Below are positions 1-13,454 of a stretch of DNA of 64,000 nt, in pieces (the first letter of the stretch is position 1; the number at the start of each line of letters is the position of its first letter). This stretch comes from Tubulanus polymorphus. Its lineage: Eukaryota; Animalia; Nemertea. A program made the position numbers and the translations under genes. The notes under the pieces are model-generated. The model saw only the letters and a program-made list of their open reading frames with translations, made no database searches and was not told the DNA's origin. The stretch covers positions 7,820,655-7,884,654 of the forward strand of contig NC_134033.1 in assembly GCF_964204645.1 (NCBI RefSeq), in the 5' to 3' direction.

Positions 1-917
1 AATTGATCATGGTAACAAAATAAGGTACCTATCTAATAAGGAAATACTATTCAACACCCCCTGTTATTCTACTATTCAACGCCCCTGGTGACCATATAGA
101 ATAACTAATGTCCTTAAAACTCACCACAATCATAGACAATGTCATGAGCTACAATGGTGCAATCGATTGTGGTAACAAAATATGCATAGGTACAAATATA
201 ATATAGAAACACTAAGTTATTGTATTATTCAACGCCCCCTGGTGGCCATATACAACAACCAATGACCTTGAAACTCACCACAATCATAGAACACGTTATA
301 AGCTACAACTTTCTAATTCATTGTTGTAACAAAATATGCTTAGGTATCAATATAATGTCGAAAAACTTTTTCCCCCTACGAATGAGTACTGATGACACCA
401 AGATGGCCGCCAATTGCATCATAATTGGCTGATCAAAAATACCTGTCTCAGGTATAAAACATGCCTTCTCAAAGAATACCCATCAGCAATTGCAATGAGA
501 AATGCCAAACCAGTAGGAAGCTACAGGACTCAGAATTCGGTCCAAAATTAACATTTTTGGGCACTTAAAAGGTCCTAGGATGACCATCTGGGGGGGTTCA
601 AATATATACGAAAGATCAAGGTAATTGATCGAGGCGTCTTCAAAATTTCCCTCAAAAAGTACAAAAACGTGTAAAAAGTGCTGATTTTGGTGAACAACAA
701 TGGCTGCCAGTCGGCCATCTTGATTCTGACAGGGCCAGTTTTTGGGCTGAAGAAGTGTCTAGGGTAGATACATGTATAAACCAAATATCAAGATATTACT
801 TGAAGCGTCTACAAAACTTCCAAAAATAACTGGATTCGGTCTACAGACGAATGGACGGACAATGGATGAAAAGTAAAGGCAATAGCCCGCTGGGACGAGT
901 CCCGAGTGGGCTAAAAA
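1..917 (-). mobile_element. Helentron-associated non-autonomous element (HINE/DINE-1/pearl-like), family A; runs off window start
   Basis: ~153-bp tandem core units (ATTCAACGCCCC.TGGT at ~73 and ~227), then a unique block, GGAC-type microsatellite (~845-868), terminal stem-loop TAGCCCGCTGGGAC-GA-GTCCCGAGTGGGCTA (883-913) and an A-run. The same blocks recur at 45934, 50490, 51014 and 56872. Strand follows DINE-1 convention. Confidence 0.75.
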
Positions 918-1849
918 CAATCATAAATCAACGGACTTGCAACAAGGCCCCAATGGCCCGCCAGACACCAAAAACATCAAGTCGCAAACGTTATGGTCTG
1001 AATGGAACTGCTCGTATGAATTCAAGATCATATAAGATCTGGACCAGTATTGAGGAGTACAGCCCACGGCGGGAAAAGACTATATACAATTGGTTCACTT
1101 ACCACCATAAGCATTATAGGCACAGTAAAAGGGTTTATTTTTTCTGAACAAAATTTAAGTTATGAAAGACCAAACAAACCTTTCAGCCAGCGTTGATTCT
1201 GTGATGGAGTTGATGATGTTTTGGATAATGGGTAACAGTGTTTTCTGCGGAATGCTGTCTGTATTAGTTAAACTACCCAAAAGAATTTTCCACTGAGCAA
1301 TTTCATAATTCTCTCGACTGATATCTCCCACCTAAAACAATTTGTAAATGAATAATTTAAAGTAGCAAGACATTCATCCTTCAAACATATACAGTATACC
1401 AAAGTAATGAAGACCCAGTGGTTCCATATTTTGTGTTATATTAGATTAAAGATGCAGGTTCACTGTTAAATTTGACTGTTTATGCAATTCTTTACCTAGA
1501 ACTTGTCCCAGCATTATGCAGACAGTGATAGGGCATGAGAGTCAACCGAGGTATAGGGGACTGTAGTTCCTATTTTCTCAAATTCATAACATTCAATCAG
1601 TGATTCGGTCACTTGACAGTTCTACGATTTGACAGTTCGACAATTTTAAGATTCGACAGTTCGACGGAAGTAAATTTCCGCATTTTGAACCCACATTTTC
1701 ACCAGATATCTTGATGCAATGTTACCTTATGCAGGGGATTTCAAAATAAGAATCGTTTAACACATTTCAAACAATAAATTGTTGTATGATACGCCTTGAG
1801 TGTCAGTAATCGCACTAGCAACGATGAATATAAACCAATTCAATTGTGC

Positions 1850-2335
1850 CACCATTCTATTTAATGCTTTACACACATGACGTCATGAGGGCGGTCAAAA
1901 CGGGTCAACACAAATTATATATAACCGAGATTTTGAGGGGTTTCATCTTTGAAAGCCCATTTCTACGGAACAAAGCTTTGGATTTTAAGGAGATAAAGAT
2001 CTTCCAACGCAAATAGCATTGAATTTTCACACGTGTAATTTTTTACAGTTAAAGATGCCGCAAAAAATGTGCTCAAATAAATCGAATTTTTTACCCCATT
2101 TCTCAAAAAATATGAAACCCACAACTTTCAAGTTCGCGCACCATAAAGAAAAACAAACTACGAAATATATTTTTGGTTGATCGACTCAATTTCACCCATA
2201 CGTAGTAAAATAACAGGCTACCGTTTGAGAGCACTAAAAACAGCCTTGAACGTAGTGTATCAAGCATAGGAATGATTATCAATCGGCCAGACCATTGACA
2301 TAGAGTTCGATCTAAGGAAGCAGACTTCTCGAGCC
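1850..2335. repeat. Dispersed repeat, unclassified DNA-transposon-like
   Basis: Colinear similarity to 14960-15395 (CGGGTCAACACAAA...CTTTGAAAGCCCAT...CAAATAGCATTGAATTTTCAC...GTGCTCAAATAAA). Confidence 0.8.
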
Positions 2336-2339
2336 ATGA

Positions 2340-2700
2340 CAATAGAACCCAATGAAGCTACTGAGCCCACCTGGCCTGATACATCCTGTAAATAAAAGGA
2401 CATAAAGGTTGAAGGAGCATTCCAAAAGGTAGTGCACTAGGTAGCCATAGACCACACTTGGTGTAAAGCCACTCCTTCTGAGGAGAGATTGAACTTAATT
2501 GAAATGTTCTTCATTAATGATGGCGAGCCCCAGCAAGCCACAGTCTCGAGAAATGTCACCCTTAAGATGATCAAGTAGTAGAATGAACAAATAATGCTTG
2601 TGCAAACCCCTCTGGGGCGCAGAACGATCTATCGATGGTAACATAAAGCCTGCACCGGACACAAAGACTTGTCTGGAAGACCTAGTTCCACTCTGGCTTT
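2340..2700 (-). pseudogene. DIRS tyrosine recombinase C-terminal relic
   Basis: Minus-strand fragments KSLCPVQALCY, GDISRD and WNAPSTFMSFYLQDVSGQVGS parallel WSSQNTFAFFYLKDVSG at 15859-15910; frameshifted. Confidence 0.7.
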
Positions 2701-3689
2701 GACTCTCCATTCACTGCCCACTGAACCTGGTCAACAACTGCATGGCAGGCCAAAGGGTAATGAACCCCACCCAGCAGTCCAAAATGCCTATACTGTCCGA
2801 TTTTCATGAGATTCTCCTTAAAAGGATTTCAAATTCCACAATGATTGTCTGGTAAAACTTGACAGGATATGGATGAAAATTTAAAATCCCTGTCATTTGA
2901 GCAGCAAATTGTTGACGAAAGAATTTCTTTCATCCACAATTTGCCGCGAAAATGAGAGGCATTTAATAAAGCAGCAGTTATGGATTGGCCTCAGTCTGAA
3001 TGATAGTTGAAATGAGTCAACTGTCAAGTCATATCAAAGCAAATGTTGTGCGAATTGCTTTTGTTCCCTTTACAACGATTATAAGGTTGTTGGGCCTGCA
3101 GGGCTGTTAGAGGCTGGGCAACACAGTCAGGTTCACTGGCATCACATCTGACATCTTGTTTTACAAATACCAACGAAGCAATTTTTGTGTAATATTGTCT
3201 TGGTTGTTAAAGCTTGATTCAAGAAGACTCGTCGAGTCGTTAATCTCGTGAATGTAATTTACAGCTATTCTAGACGGGGTCCGCATTATTGAATGGGTTG
3301 GGCCGGCTGGGCCCTTTGAGGTTAGGCAATATAGCCCAGCTTCCGGAGGCAAACCCATAAACATGGATACCCGATAATCTATATGTTGCACTTGATGTTA
3401 GTATTTCAAGACCAGAATCAAGCAAGCTTGTGTAATGTTCTTGGAGTTATTGTCTTGATTAGATAAGACTCATTATATGTCAAGTTGATTCAGTTTGCGA
3501 CTTGTTAATCACTCTAAACTACGGCGATTCTGTAACTAGGCGTCCCAGCATGTGTTTGAGCATAGGAGCACCTGTGTATCAGCATCAAGTGTGTGATGGA
3601 GTTATAACCATACGATTATGCACTAATTCCTTTCCCTATGGATGATCTTTTGGAAACGTCATGAGTGACACCCTGCTGTGTGTAGGACG

Positions 3690-4006
3690 TTTATGAAACG
3701 TCATTCACCTATCAACTATTAGCCTGAAGGCGCACAGAGAAAACAGTATAGAAGCGCATGTGAGACTATCTAAGGCTATCTTATTTCACTTCTTAACCCT
3801 TTCAGTACTGGCCTCATACCCACCCAATATACTGAGCCAGAAATCAAAATTTTTGGTAATTCTACTAAAACCCCTGGTATAAAGATACCGTAAGTGGTTA
3901 TGAAAGGGGTACTGTACCCACAGAGGACAATATAGTGGCCGAAAATTTTGGTGATAAAAGATTAATTTTCAGGCTAATAGTTGATAGGTGAATGACATTT
4001 CATAAA
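3690..4006. repeat. 39-bp inverted repeat pair around a truncated piggyBac-like end
   Basis: 3690-3728 TTTATGAAACGTCATTCACCTATCAACTATTAGCCTGAA is the reverse complement of 3968-4006 with one mismatch; TTAACCCTTTCAGTACTGG at 3793 lies between. Confidence 0.75.
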
Positions 4007-7000
4007 ATGGAAAATGCTATCAAAATTATACTTTCTGCCACTTCTTAACAAGAAGAAACTTTAGTAAAAAATAACAACCTGAGATCTGTCTGATGGAAAG
4101 AAGTATCTCTAATTAGCTGTAAATTAGTCACTTATTTTTCCTTCACTCCGTGCGTATTGTTCACATACAACTTGCAGTGGCGCTATTTATGATGTTATCT
4201 AGTACACGTAGCCAATGTATAATCGATCAAATAAACATCGTTTGTTCACTGTATATAGCGCTACTCACTGATATATGTTTATCATGTCATATCCGACAGT
4301 AGCAACAGTATACAATGGTAAGATTTCAAAATTGAAAGACATTTCTAAAATGATTAAATACCCTACTTTGAAACGTCTAGTGAAATGATTGGAAGCCGGG
4401 AGCGTTTGTCAGAGATGTCAGAAACATGCACCTGCTTACATAAACAATAGCAGTGCCAATTTAAAAGTTGCATTTCTCAGAAATGGCTGAACTAAAATTC
4501 AAACCAGTTATATTTGATATTTGTGAATATATCACATTTGAAAATACCTATTACACAATATTCTATTTTGAAAGCATTTGCTCTTGAAGTCTTATAATGT
4601 TAATAGGTTCAGATTTCTTAGCCAGGATGTAACAACTAGGGCAGAGTAGAGGTTTGTACTGTGACAGTGTCTCAAGACCAGTTTTGTATCTGGACTGGGA
4701 GAGCATTTGTTTGTTAGAATTTGTTCATACTTCAAGGACTCAATTCCAGAGATATGACTTAAATCGCACACTTATATTTTCAATCACTCATTCTCCAATC
4801 ACAACTGAATTTGAACCTTATAACGACCGAACTCACCGTTCCATTCCATGCTTGTCCATGAAATAAATGTCCTGTATCACTTTTGAATATTTGCTTTACA
4901 CCTTCAGTAATGACAACCATTGTTGATGCTCGGTTTGAATCAGTCATCATCAGTAAGGCTGCCTTCATCTTCTGAGTCCATAATAAACTCTATGAAAATA
5001 CATATATCATCTAAATATTCCTTATGAGCTTATTTTTACCTCTAAAGAACCAATATACGTATCGTTCTTTGAGTTCAGATCGTAATTTCTACTGTAAGTC
5101 CCCATTTTAAGCCACAATCACAGGAGTGTTTTTGAAGGCACCTCAGAGTAAACAAAATAACTGAATATCAGAGAGTTGTAGTCACAATTTTTCCAAATCA
5201 GTTTGGTGAAATAGTTTTTCTGGCGGTTAGAGGAAGTTCAAGTGGACTTCAGTTTGACAAATAGTCAGACCAGGCCCATGGAAAATTCTATAATGGGTCA
5301 AGTAATTCCGCGAGAATGTTGATTGGTCCTGGGAGTGACTCTACATCTTTTGATTGGATTTTAGTAACCAGTGAGTGATTTATGAGTAAAAGCATTGATC
5401 CTTTGAAACGATTTATGTATGTTTCCAAGCTATTGGAACACTTTTGTTTAAGTGGAAGACAGAATACCTTGCAAACTTGAAACACTTTTACATTGGACAT
5501 GCTAAACAAAGCAATATTTCTGAAACCAGGTTCAGATGTCATTATTCAAGATGAAGGTCCAAGATTAAACAGTAAGTTAGAATCAATCATTGATAATGTA
5601 TACAGGAGGGACAGTTTGATAAGGTCATGTAATCTAAAGACACAATGCACTATAACCATCTATTAACGAATTATGTCCATTAGAAATTGTTAACTACTAT
5701 CTTAGATCATTCTACTAACTGACCTCCAGATATAACTAGTAAAACCAAGCAAATGCCGTAATAGAAGCAGGACCCAAAATAGTAAATTTTCTTGTAAGAC
5801 ATCATTGTATTTGATGTATACCTGGTTATGAATTAGTGTTTATGGTGTCGGGAGTGTCACAACGCATCAACACTAATGTATCATATTGATTGTACACCTG
5901 GGTTTTTTTCCCAAAAATTTCTCACAATTACCACATAGTTTTGTAACTTCCACTCCTTGGGCTATTTTTGTCTGTTTCAATTTTACTGTGTTCCATATTT
6001 TCCTTGGCTTGAGGGACCATCTTCCAGACAAAAGACATAATCCTAAAGTGCCAACATTGATGACCTGAAAACCCTCATACATTCACGGCAGTGCGTCGTG
6101 ACAAGAAGCAACCTCACCCTATGATGGTAGAGCGAGCCGATCTGCTGATGACCCAAAGAATTGCCCAAATCACTTACCATAAAATACTCTTCAGTTGGAG
6201 CGGAATATTCACTGCATACAACATTCCATACTTCTGGATAATAAACCGGCACAATGCAGCTCATATTAGATGTTACATCATCAATCGATCCAAGTTTCAA
6301 CCAGTCACATTCACGACCATAAATAAGCAGCAACATGCGTATCTCCGCCCACATACTTGCTAACATAAGAAACGTCTTGCGCTCTGATTGAGAGCCCTAA
6401 AAGATAAAACATGCTCTGATGAATAGAATAGGTGCTGGTTGCAGAGTGGTGACTTAAAACCAAAGAAGTTGCCTCAAATCCTAAGACTAGTCTGAAGTTG
6501 TTAGATTAGCTAATAGCTGGTCTTAAACTGGTCTCAAGTCTAAGCAGTGACTAGGCAACAGGCTGTAACAGGTCTGTAACAGAAACCAGCGATTAACAAT
6601 ATAAAAACCCATTAGTCACCTAGACAACCAAATAAAACCTAACTAGTTCTATCATGTTCCCTGTATTTTTGTAATTTTTAATTGACCATGAAATATTACT
6701 ATAATTCTGGTAGATTATGGCAAAAGGACAAAAACAGGCTGAAACAGTCTGTGGACAACACTGGGTTGTATGCCGAGTAAATAGTTGTGAGCTGATTAAG
6801 CACTGAGTATGCAAGGGTGTACCTGTTTCTTAATAATTTTAACAGACCATACGTCGATGACTTCATTTAATGTTCGTTTCATCAGAAGTGATATGTCTTC
6901 AGCTGTTTTTGACGCCATGTTGTAATCAGGAATTTGTATACTCATGAGAAATTTGTAAAACAACTCAACCACGAAAGACTGATTCATGACTGAAAAAAAA

Positions 7001-7785
7001 AACATCTCATAGTATCAACTGAAAACATAATCTATATATTAATACGAAACTATGTAACAAATAATGTCGCCATGGAGAAGAATTGGGACTTGAAATTTTG
7101 TGTGGTAGTCAATCATTGTATAAACTAATGCAACGGGTATAAACGAGTGTGAAAATATTTATAGGGGGGCCAAACGAAGGCAGACAAAATTCCAGCCAAT
7201 CAGTAAGCAGGAATTCTAATTATACTCTTACTGCAGCAAAACAATTCTACAGTACGGTATCAATAACGGGTCACGATGGCCCAGTCAGAAGACAAGAGCA
7301 CAAGACTTGCACCAGATGGGTAAAAAGTTGGAGCCCCACGTAGCTCCGTACATATTTTGTTTATCTCAGATAGTTCCCAGTCTCCACGGGAACAGGTCAT
7401 CAAAGCTCACTGAGAGTCTCCACGGGCATGGACACATAGATTTTAAATGGCCCGACTTAATTACATTGCAAATAAATTGAACAGTTTGAAGTTCAGGGCC
7501 AAAGAAAATCACCCGTGGTTTCCACGAGTATTACTATAGTAATGTATTAATTGATCTAAAGAGTCCATTGATATGATCAAGATATTTCCATCTCCAATGT
7601 CAAAGAAATATGTGTAACCAAATGGAAATAATAGTGCGGTCCATGGGCCACAAAAATGGACTTGAGTGGAAAGACATATTCGTGAATATTTCTGTATCCA
7701 GCGAATAAACTCGAACAGATAACGCTGCTTATGTCAGCCTGACAGGGCCTTCGTTAAGTTAGGTTTTCCTTGAAAGAGCAAGAGA

Positions 7786-8180
7786 GCTAACAAGAAATTC
7801 AAGACGTCTACAGTGGTGGCCAAATAAGATGAGTAGAAAGCTAATTTTCTATAGGTTTCATCCACCAGTCTACCCCATTACACTTTATTTGATGTGTGTA
7901 GAGTGCTAACAAGAAATTCAAGATTTCCGCTTTGGTGACCTTATTGGAAGAGCGCGTACGCTAATTTTCAATCGTTTTCTTCCATGGGCCTACTCCATTA
8001 CAGAAACCAAGTTTAAAAGAAATCACATGTTATTTCATGTGTTATGCAACAGGAAAGTCAAGATGTCCTCCGTGGAGGCCCTTTAAGCAGAGCAAGTAAG
8101 CTAATTTTTTATAGGTTTCATCCATGGGCTAAGCCCATTATACAAAACAAGTTAAAAAGAAATTGCATGTTATATGATGT
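7786..8180. repeat. Three degenerate ~120-140-bp tandem units (HINE-core-like satellite)
   Basis: Recurring AACA.GAAA.TCAAGA...GCTAATTTT..AT.G.TTT..TCCA...CCATTA at ~7789, ~7908 and ~8048. Confidence 0.65.
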
Positions 8181-9402
8181 ATGTTCAGTCTTATTTTCAA
8201 GTTTTGAGCAAGGATGAAACTTGGATCTGGTCTATAGAATAGATCTACAAACATACCTTTATTAATGTAAAAATCTGATAGTTCATCTATAAACATCGCC
8301 CATACAGCCTTCACTTGACTGATGTTCAAACCATTGATTACTTTCCCAAAACTGTAAATAAACAAATGAAACTCATCTGATTTATGAAACATGTACAGAA
8401 TGATTGTGATGTGAAATACCATCAAAACACAAAATGTATGTAAGACCCTTTGTGGGGCTACCTAGAATTCAAAATTATAATCCATAGTTTATCTTGGAAC
8501 TTTGTTTGTGAGGATATCTCCCTCAATTTTTGGATATTAAGTAAGACTTAAACTGACTTGTCAAATTGTGCAATTTGTATAAACTGTCAACTTTCAATCC
8601 ATTTTCAGGGTTTCCAGTGGTAAGGCCAGGATAAAAAGACGTACTTTTACGGTAATTTTAGACCCCAAAAGGAATAATAGAAGCATATTTTTGACTCAGA
8701 AAGAAGAACTTTCCAGTAAAATGAGGGCGCATCAGGAAGCATTTCTGCAATGCCTTCGCATGGATACTGGTCAAGTAGACCAAATGTCATGGTCAAATGC
8801 AAATGAAGAATGTCCTGCTCTACTTGGAATCTGGAAGCAAGACTCCATCCAGGCCCAGTTAATCATTTAGCAGATGGCAACATCTTGTTGGCCCGGCGAC
8901 AAAACGCCATGTGAATGCTCACCGAAATTTGGTCCGGTCTAAATTTTCACCATACCAGGAAAGGACCCATTTAGACCGGTCTATGAACCACTGAACGCAG
9001 CTTTACATTCCTATTGGATTCAGGTCTCGAATTTTGGCAAATCTGACCTACAGCATTTCTAGCATAGTTTGCTGTGGGTTGGTACAGCAACCCACAGCAA
9101 TACTTCAAAACCTACATTTAATTTCAAATTTGCTGGGAGCAAATTATCAATTAATTGTAAGGATTTTTTGCAATATCATTCAGACAAATAGTAAATCAAC
9201 TATTGACGAATTAACTTTATCATTCAACCACTTGATATATTTATCTATGAACCACTGAAGACAATAGATTTGAGCACCACTATTCTGGCGTTACTACTAG
9301 GCCTAGAATCAATAGGCTGTAAGTACTCTAGCTCTGTGCCTTATACAGGTAGCTATGAATAGAACTGCCATCACTTCTTCTGTTTTTATACAATGTAAAA
9401 GC

Positions 9403-10500
9403 TTTGGTGGTGCAGCTTTGAGATGGTTCTCATCGTATTTGGAAAGGCGAAACGTTGCTGTTGTTAATGGAAATAGCAGGTCCACTAGTCAAACTCTGCT
9501 TAATGGTGTACCGCAGGGATCAGTTCTAGGTCATGTTCTCTTCACGATATATACTCTGCCGTTAAGTGATCGGATAAGTGTGCCCTATCACCTATATGCT
9601 GACGATAACCAGCTCATGGCGTCAGCTCGTTGTGGTGATAGGTCGACTTGCGGTAACACTATATCACAAGTAGAATCGTGCGTTGCGGATGTTAGCAATT
9701 GGTTGTTTGATAACAGATTAGCTTTGAATGCCCGCAAGACGGACATGATAAATATTGTTTTGTCACGTCGAACTGGTACAATACCTGGTATTAATGTAGG
9801 TGATTCGTTTATCGAGGCTTCAGATTCCGTTCGTGATCTGGGTGTTATTCTAGATAGAAGCATGAACATGCAGTGCCACATTCAATCGATTTGTAGGAAA
9901 GCTTATGCCAAGCTATACGGCATAAGTCGGATTAGCCGTTTCCTTGATCGTCCGAGTCTCGAGCCCCATGCGTTTGTTACTTCTATCATAGACTGTAACA
10001 ACAGTTTACTTTATGGATTACCGCAAAAGTCAATCGCACCACTCCAACGTGTACAGAATTCAGCGGCGCGTGTCATTCTCCGAAAACGCAAATACGATCA
10101 CGTTACGCCACTACTAGTCGAGTTGCACTGGCTACCAGTTGCTGCTCGCATTAAATATAAAGTGTTGCTAACCGTGTTCAAATGTGTCTATAGTTTAGCA
10201 CCGGCATATTTGTGTGATCTGATTAAGAGACCCGACTCTGGACATGTCACGAGATCTACCTTATCAACCCTGTCTGTGAGACGTACCAAAACACAATTTG
10301 GAGATCGTAGTTTTTCTGTTGCAGGGCCAAAACTCTGGAACACAACGCCAGCATATTTACGAAACATTAACTCACTCACGCAATTTAAATCAGCAGTCAA
10401 GTCCTGGCTTTTTTCAGTGACCACCTCAGTCGGAGAACTAGCGCTTTGAACTTTTTATGGAAAGGCGCTATAGAAAAACTTATTATTATCATTATTATTT
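9403..10500 (+). mobile_element. 5'-truncated L2/CR1-group LINE (RT C-terminal half plus 3' tail)
   Basis: ORF 9355-10449 contains WFSSYL, GVPQGSVLG, YADD (9595-9606), DLGVILD, LQRVQNSAAR, LHWLPV and FSVAGPKLWN. A 3' stem-loop TAGCGCTTT...AAAGGCGCTA (10439-10470) is followed by a (TTA)n tail. Confidence 0.92.
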
Positions 10501-11654
10501 TTATAACAAGAAAGAAATTCTAAGAATGGGCTTGCTGACATGGTTGTACTGAAAGCTTGCTTGGTGGTTTTGTATTTCTGTAGTAGAATTATTCAAACTT
10601 TGAACTTATTACTTTTTAAAGAGCTAAGAGATCAGTGTTGTCTTACTTCCAAACATGAAATTTTACACCCGGGAACTTCGAATCTGAATGGTTTTATTGT
10701 AGACGTGGACCAAGTAAGTACAAGCTTTTTTTGGATGGTTGTTATTTGAACATTGTGGTGTCTTAATGGAATCTATCATACGGTGATAATTTGTAGATTA
10801 CGTATCGGATTGCGTTGAAATAATTTTGCTGTATAGAAAAATTCACAGCTGAAAGAAAAAACGTGACTAACTCGAGTGACTTCAGGTGAAGAGATGCGAA
10901 CACGAAAATAGATAGGAGCCACAATTTTTCTTTTCAAATAATAAATACATTAAGCAAGATTAAATTGCATTTCCTTCAAATGACTATCCACTACTATCAT
11001 CCGTTAAGTTAATGCCACCATAGACTACCGCCTCCTGGCTCTCTGAAGAGAAAGGGTGCCGTGGGCAAAGAGACAAACCCACAGCAATAGTTTTACAACC
11101 AACAGTAAATGCCACTGTTGCCGTTGTTAATTTTGAGGACTGTTCATCCCTTTTAGATTTACAATTGAACTGATGATACTGTTACTTTAATGAGACACTT
11201 CTGAACCCAAAGTGTCACACAGGTTTAATATTTTTCATTATATATCGTTAAATTTCCAACATAGTACTCTGGTATTGTCTATCAATTCTTGCAGGCCATA
11301 TCTTAAATGTCTTGCCTAGATTGTGGGATTAGGTAAACTAACTAGGCAGTGCTGATTAACGAGGAATAAAAATTGCAATATAAATTCAAAATGGCAAATA
11401 GAAGATGCAATACTAGGTAATAAATATACTAAAGTTTATATCCGAGTTTCGCCACCATGTATCAACAACTATGAGAACACATTTCAATAGAATAGATAGT
11501 TAATCGCTCATTTTGAAGATAGTCCAAAATTGTTAAAAACGCTTGACACAATCAAAATGGTTCAGTCTTGAAAGTATTAACATAGATATCAATAAATACC
11601 CTCCCCCATAAGGTGAATGTTTCCGATAAATTTTAGCATCCTAACATCAGTAAC

Positions 11655-12692
11655 CAGACCTGCCAACATCAAAAACAGATTTGGAGTAATTTTGATAGTA
11701 GTGTTTCTCCTTAAAAGTAGTTTTTTTGAAGATTATAAAAAATAGTAGTTTTCTCTCAGTAGGGTAGTTTTGAATAAACAGCTCAAATAAATTGTAGTTC
11801 CCGCAACAGTGTAGAAGCTTTTACTGTTTTAGCTGTGTACAGACATCAGATCATGACGGAAAATGGACCAGGAAACGTAAGTGTCACCTTTTCTCGACGC
11901 TTTTAAATATGGATACAAATTTGAATAGAAATCCTTAAATTTCTGACACGACTTTTTGTTGCCTGTTGCTGCACGCTTCATTCTTCCACGACTTACTTCA
12001 CAAAATCTATCATATATACAAGACACGTGCACACGAGAAGACGGCTCACGAGGTATTGATTCAACCACAAGATGAATTCCTAGTATAGTAATGGGTTTTT
12101 CCCAGGGACCAAATTAGCCATGCACCGTTATAGTATAGAAATCAACACAATTTTTATTTCATACATATAGTATCTTTTATTTCTGGGCCTGTTTCATTAA
12201 AAAACTAATTAACTCCAAGATCAACTAAATAATAATTAGCGGTAGATAATCTTAATCAATCAGGAAATTAAATTGATTAAATAGTTAATCCTTTGGGTGA
12301 TATAAGGCCCTGTGAAATCAATTATCAAAGTTTGATGGACTAACGGCAACGGCAGACTATTCTATATCACGAACACTTTTATGGTTCAGTATTGTCTACC
12401 GATCTCCAGTCAATTCAGATCTCCAGTCAATTTCCGCAGAGCAAAGGAGAACCCTGCATACGAAATGTGCGCCTGCTGAGAGACGCCCGAACACCGGTAA
12501 AATTATCGTAGGTATTTAGTTGAAATCGTAAAATTAAGAAAAGAAATGTCTTCAAGCATCAAATTAGTCTCATTTTCGTATTTTGGTCTTTAGGCCTTTC
12601 GAATCGTATTTTTCTACTACTGCCAGTACTAGCGTTGTGATAGCAACTTTCTCGTAAAAAATACGCTGATATTTTAGATGTTGGCAGGTCTG
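11655..12692 (-). mobile_element. Internally deleted hAT-type DNA transposon with 6-bp TSD
   Basis: Perfect 16-bp TIR CAGACCTGCCAACATC / GATGTTGGCAGGTCTG; AGTAAC duplicated at 11649-11654 and 12693-12698; decayed BED-finger-like N-terminus MKRAATGNKKSCQKFKDFYSNLYPYLKASRKGDTYVSWSIFRHD (11981-11829). Confidence 0.85.
12186..12309. mobile_element. PIF/Harbinger-like MITE nested in the hAT derivative
   Basis: Ends GGCCTGTTTCA...TGATATAAGGCC, CTG duplicated at 12183-12185 and 12310-12312, AT-rich partly self-complementary interior. Confidence 0.65.
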
Positions 12693-13454
12693 AGTAACAG
12701 GTAGTCTTATTCAATTTTCTCCGTTGATGATGGATGTGTCTGGAGATTAACTTCGTTAACAGTTAGATGTCTAAGAAAGTGATGAATGTTGATAACACAT
12801 ATGCCCAACCTAGAAAATTGCTCAATACCATTCATAGATTTCTAATCTTCTCTGATACAACAACGACCAAGTTTTTCATGACGTTCAAACCCAGAAAATA
12901 TCAAAACTTTCTTTTCTTGCCTTACCTGGTTAAGAATTCTGTCGGCCAGCTGACCTCGATTTGTTTTTCTTCAAGTTGAATGACCATTAGAATCTCTGTT
13001 ATGAATTTCTCGGTTTGTGAAAGAGAGCGGTATGTTTCAGTTAGCTGTATTAACAACTTATTGCATAATACTGTTACAGGATCATCCTGAAATTGAACAG
13101 GAAATTAACATCTTCATACTCTCCGATTTTCACAGCAAGACATCTGAGATCTAATAGCAATAGGCGAGTCACCATTGCCAGCAAAACTTGTTCTCGTATG
13201 AACTTTGAAATCCTGTTTTTTCCGATTCAAATTGCCTTTAAATTAATACCTGCCTCTTATGTGGTAGTTTTTAAGTTGTGTAAACGCCCAAATCACACTT
13301 AGATTGGATGTCCCTAATTCCCAAGTCTATTGATAAGTACTTGAAGTGTAAGTGAACATTTGCTTACACTCCTATAGACATTCAAAACAAGCAAAGGATA
13401 AATGAAACAATACCAACGGTGGATATACATATGTAAAACATATTCTCACAAGGT

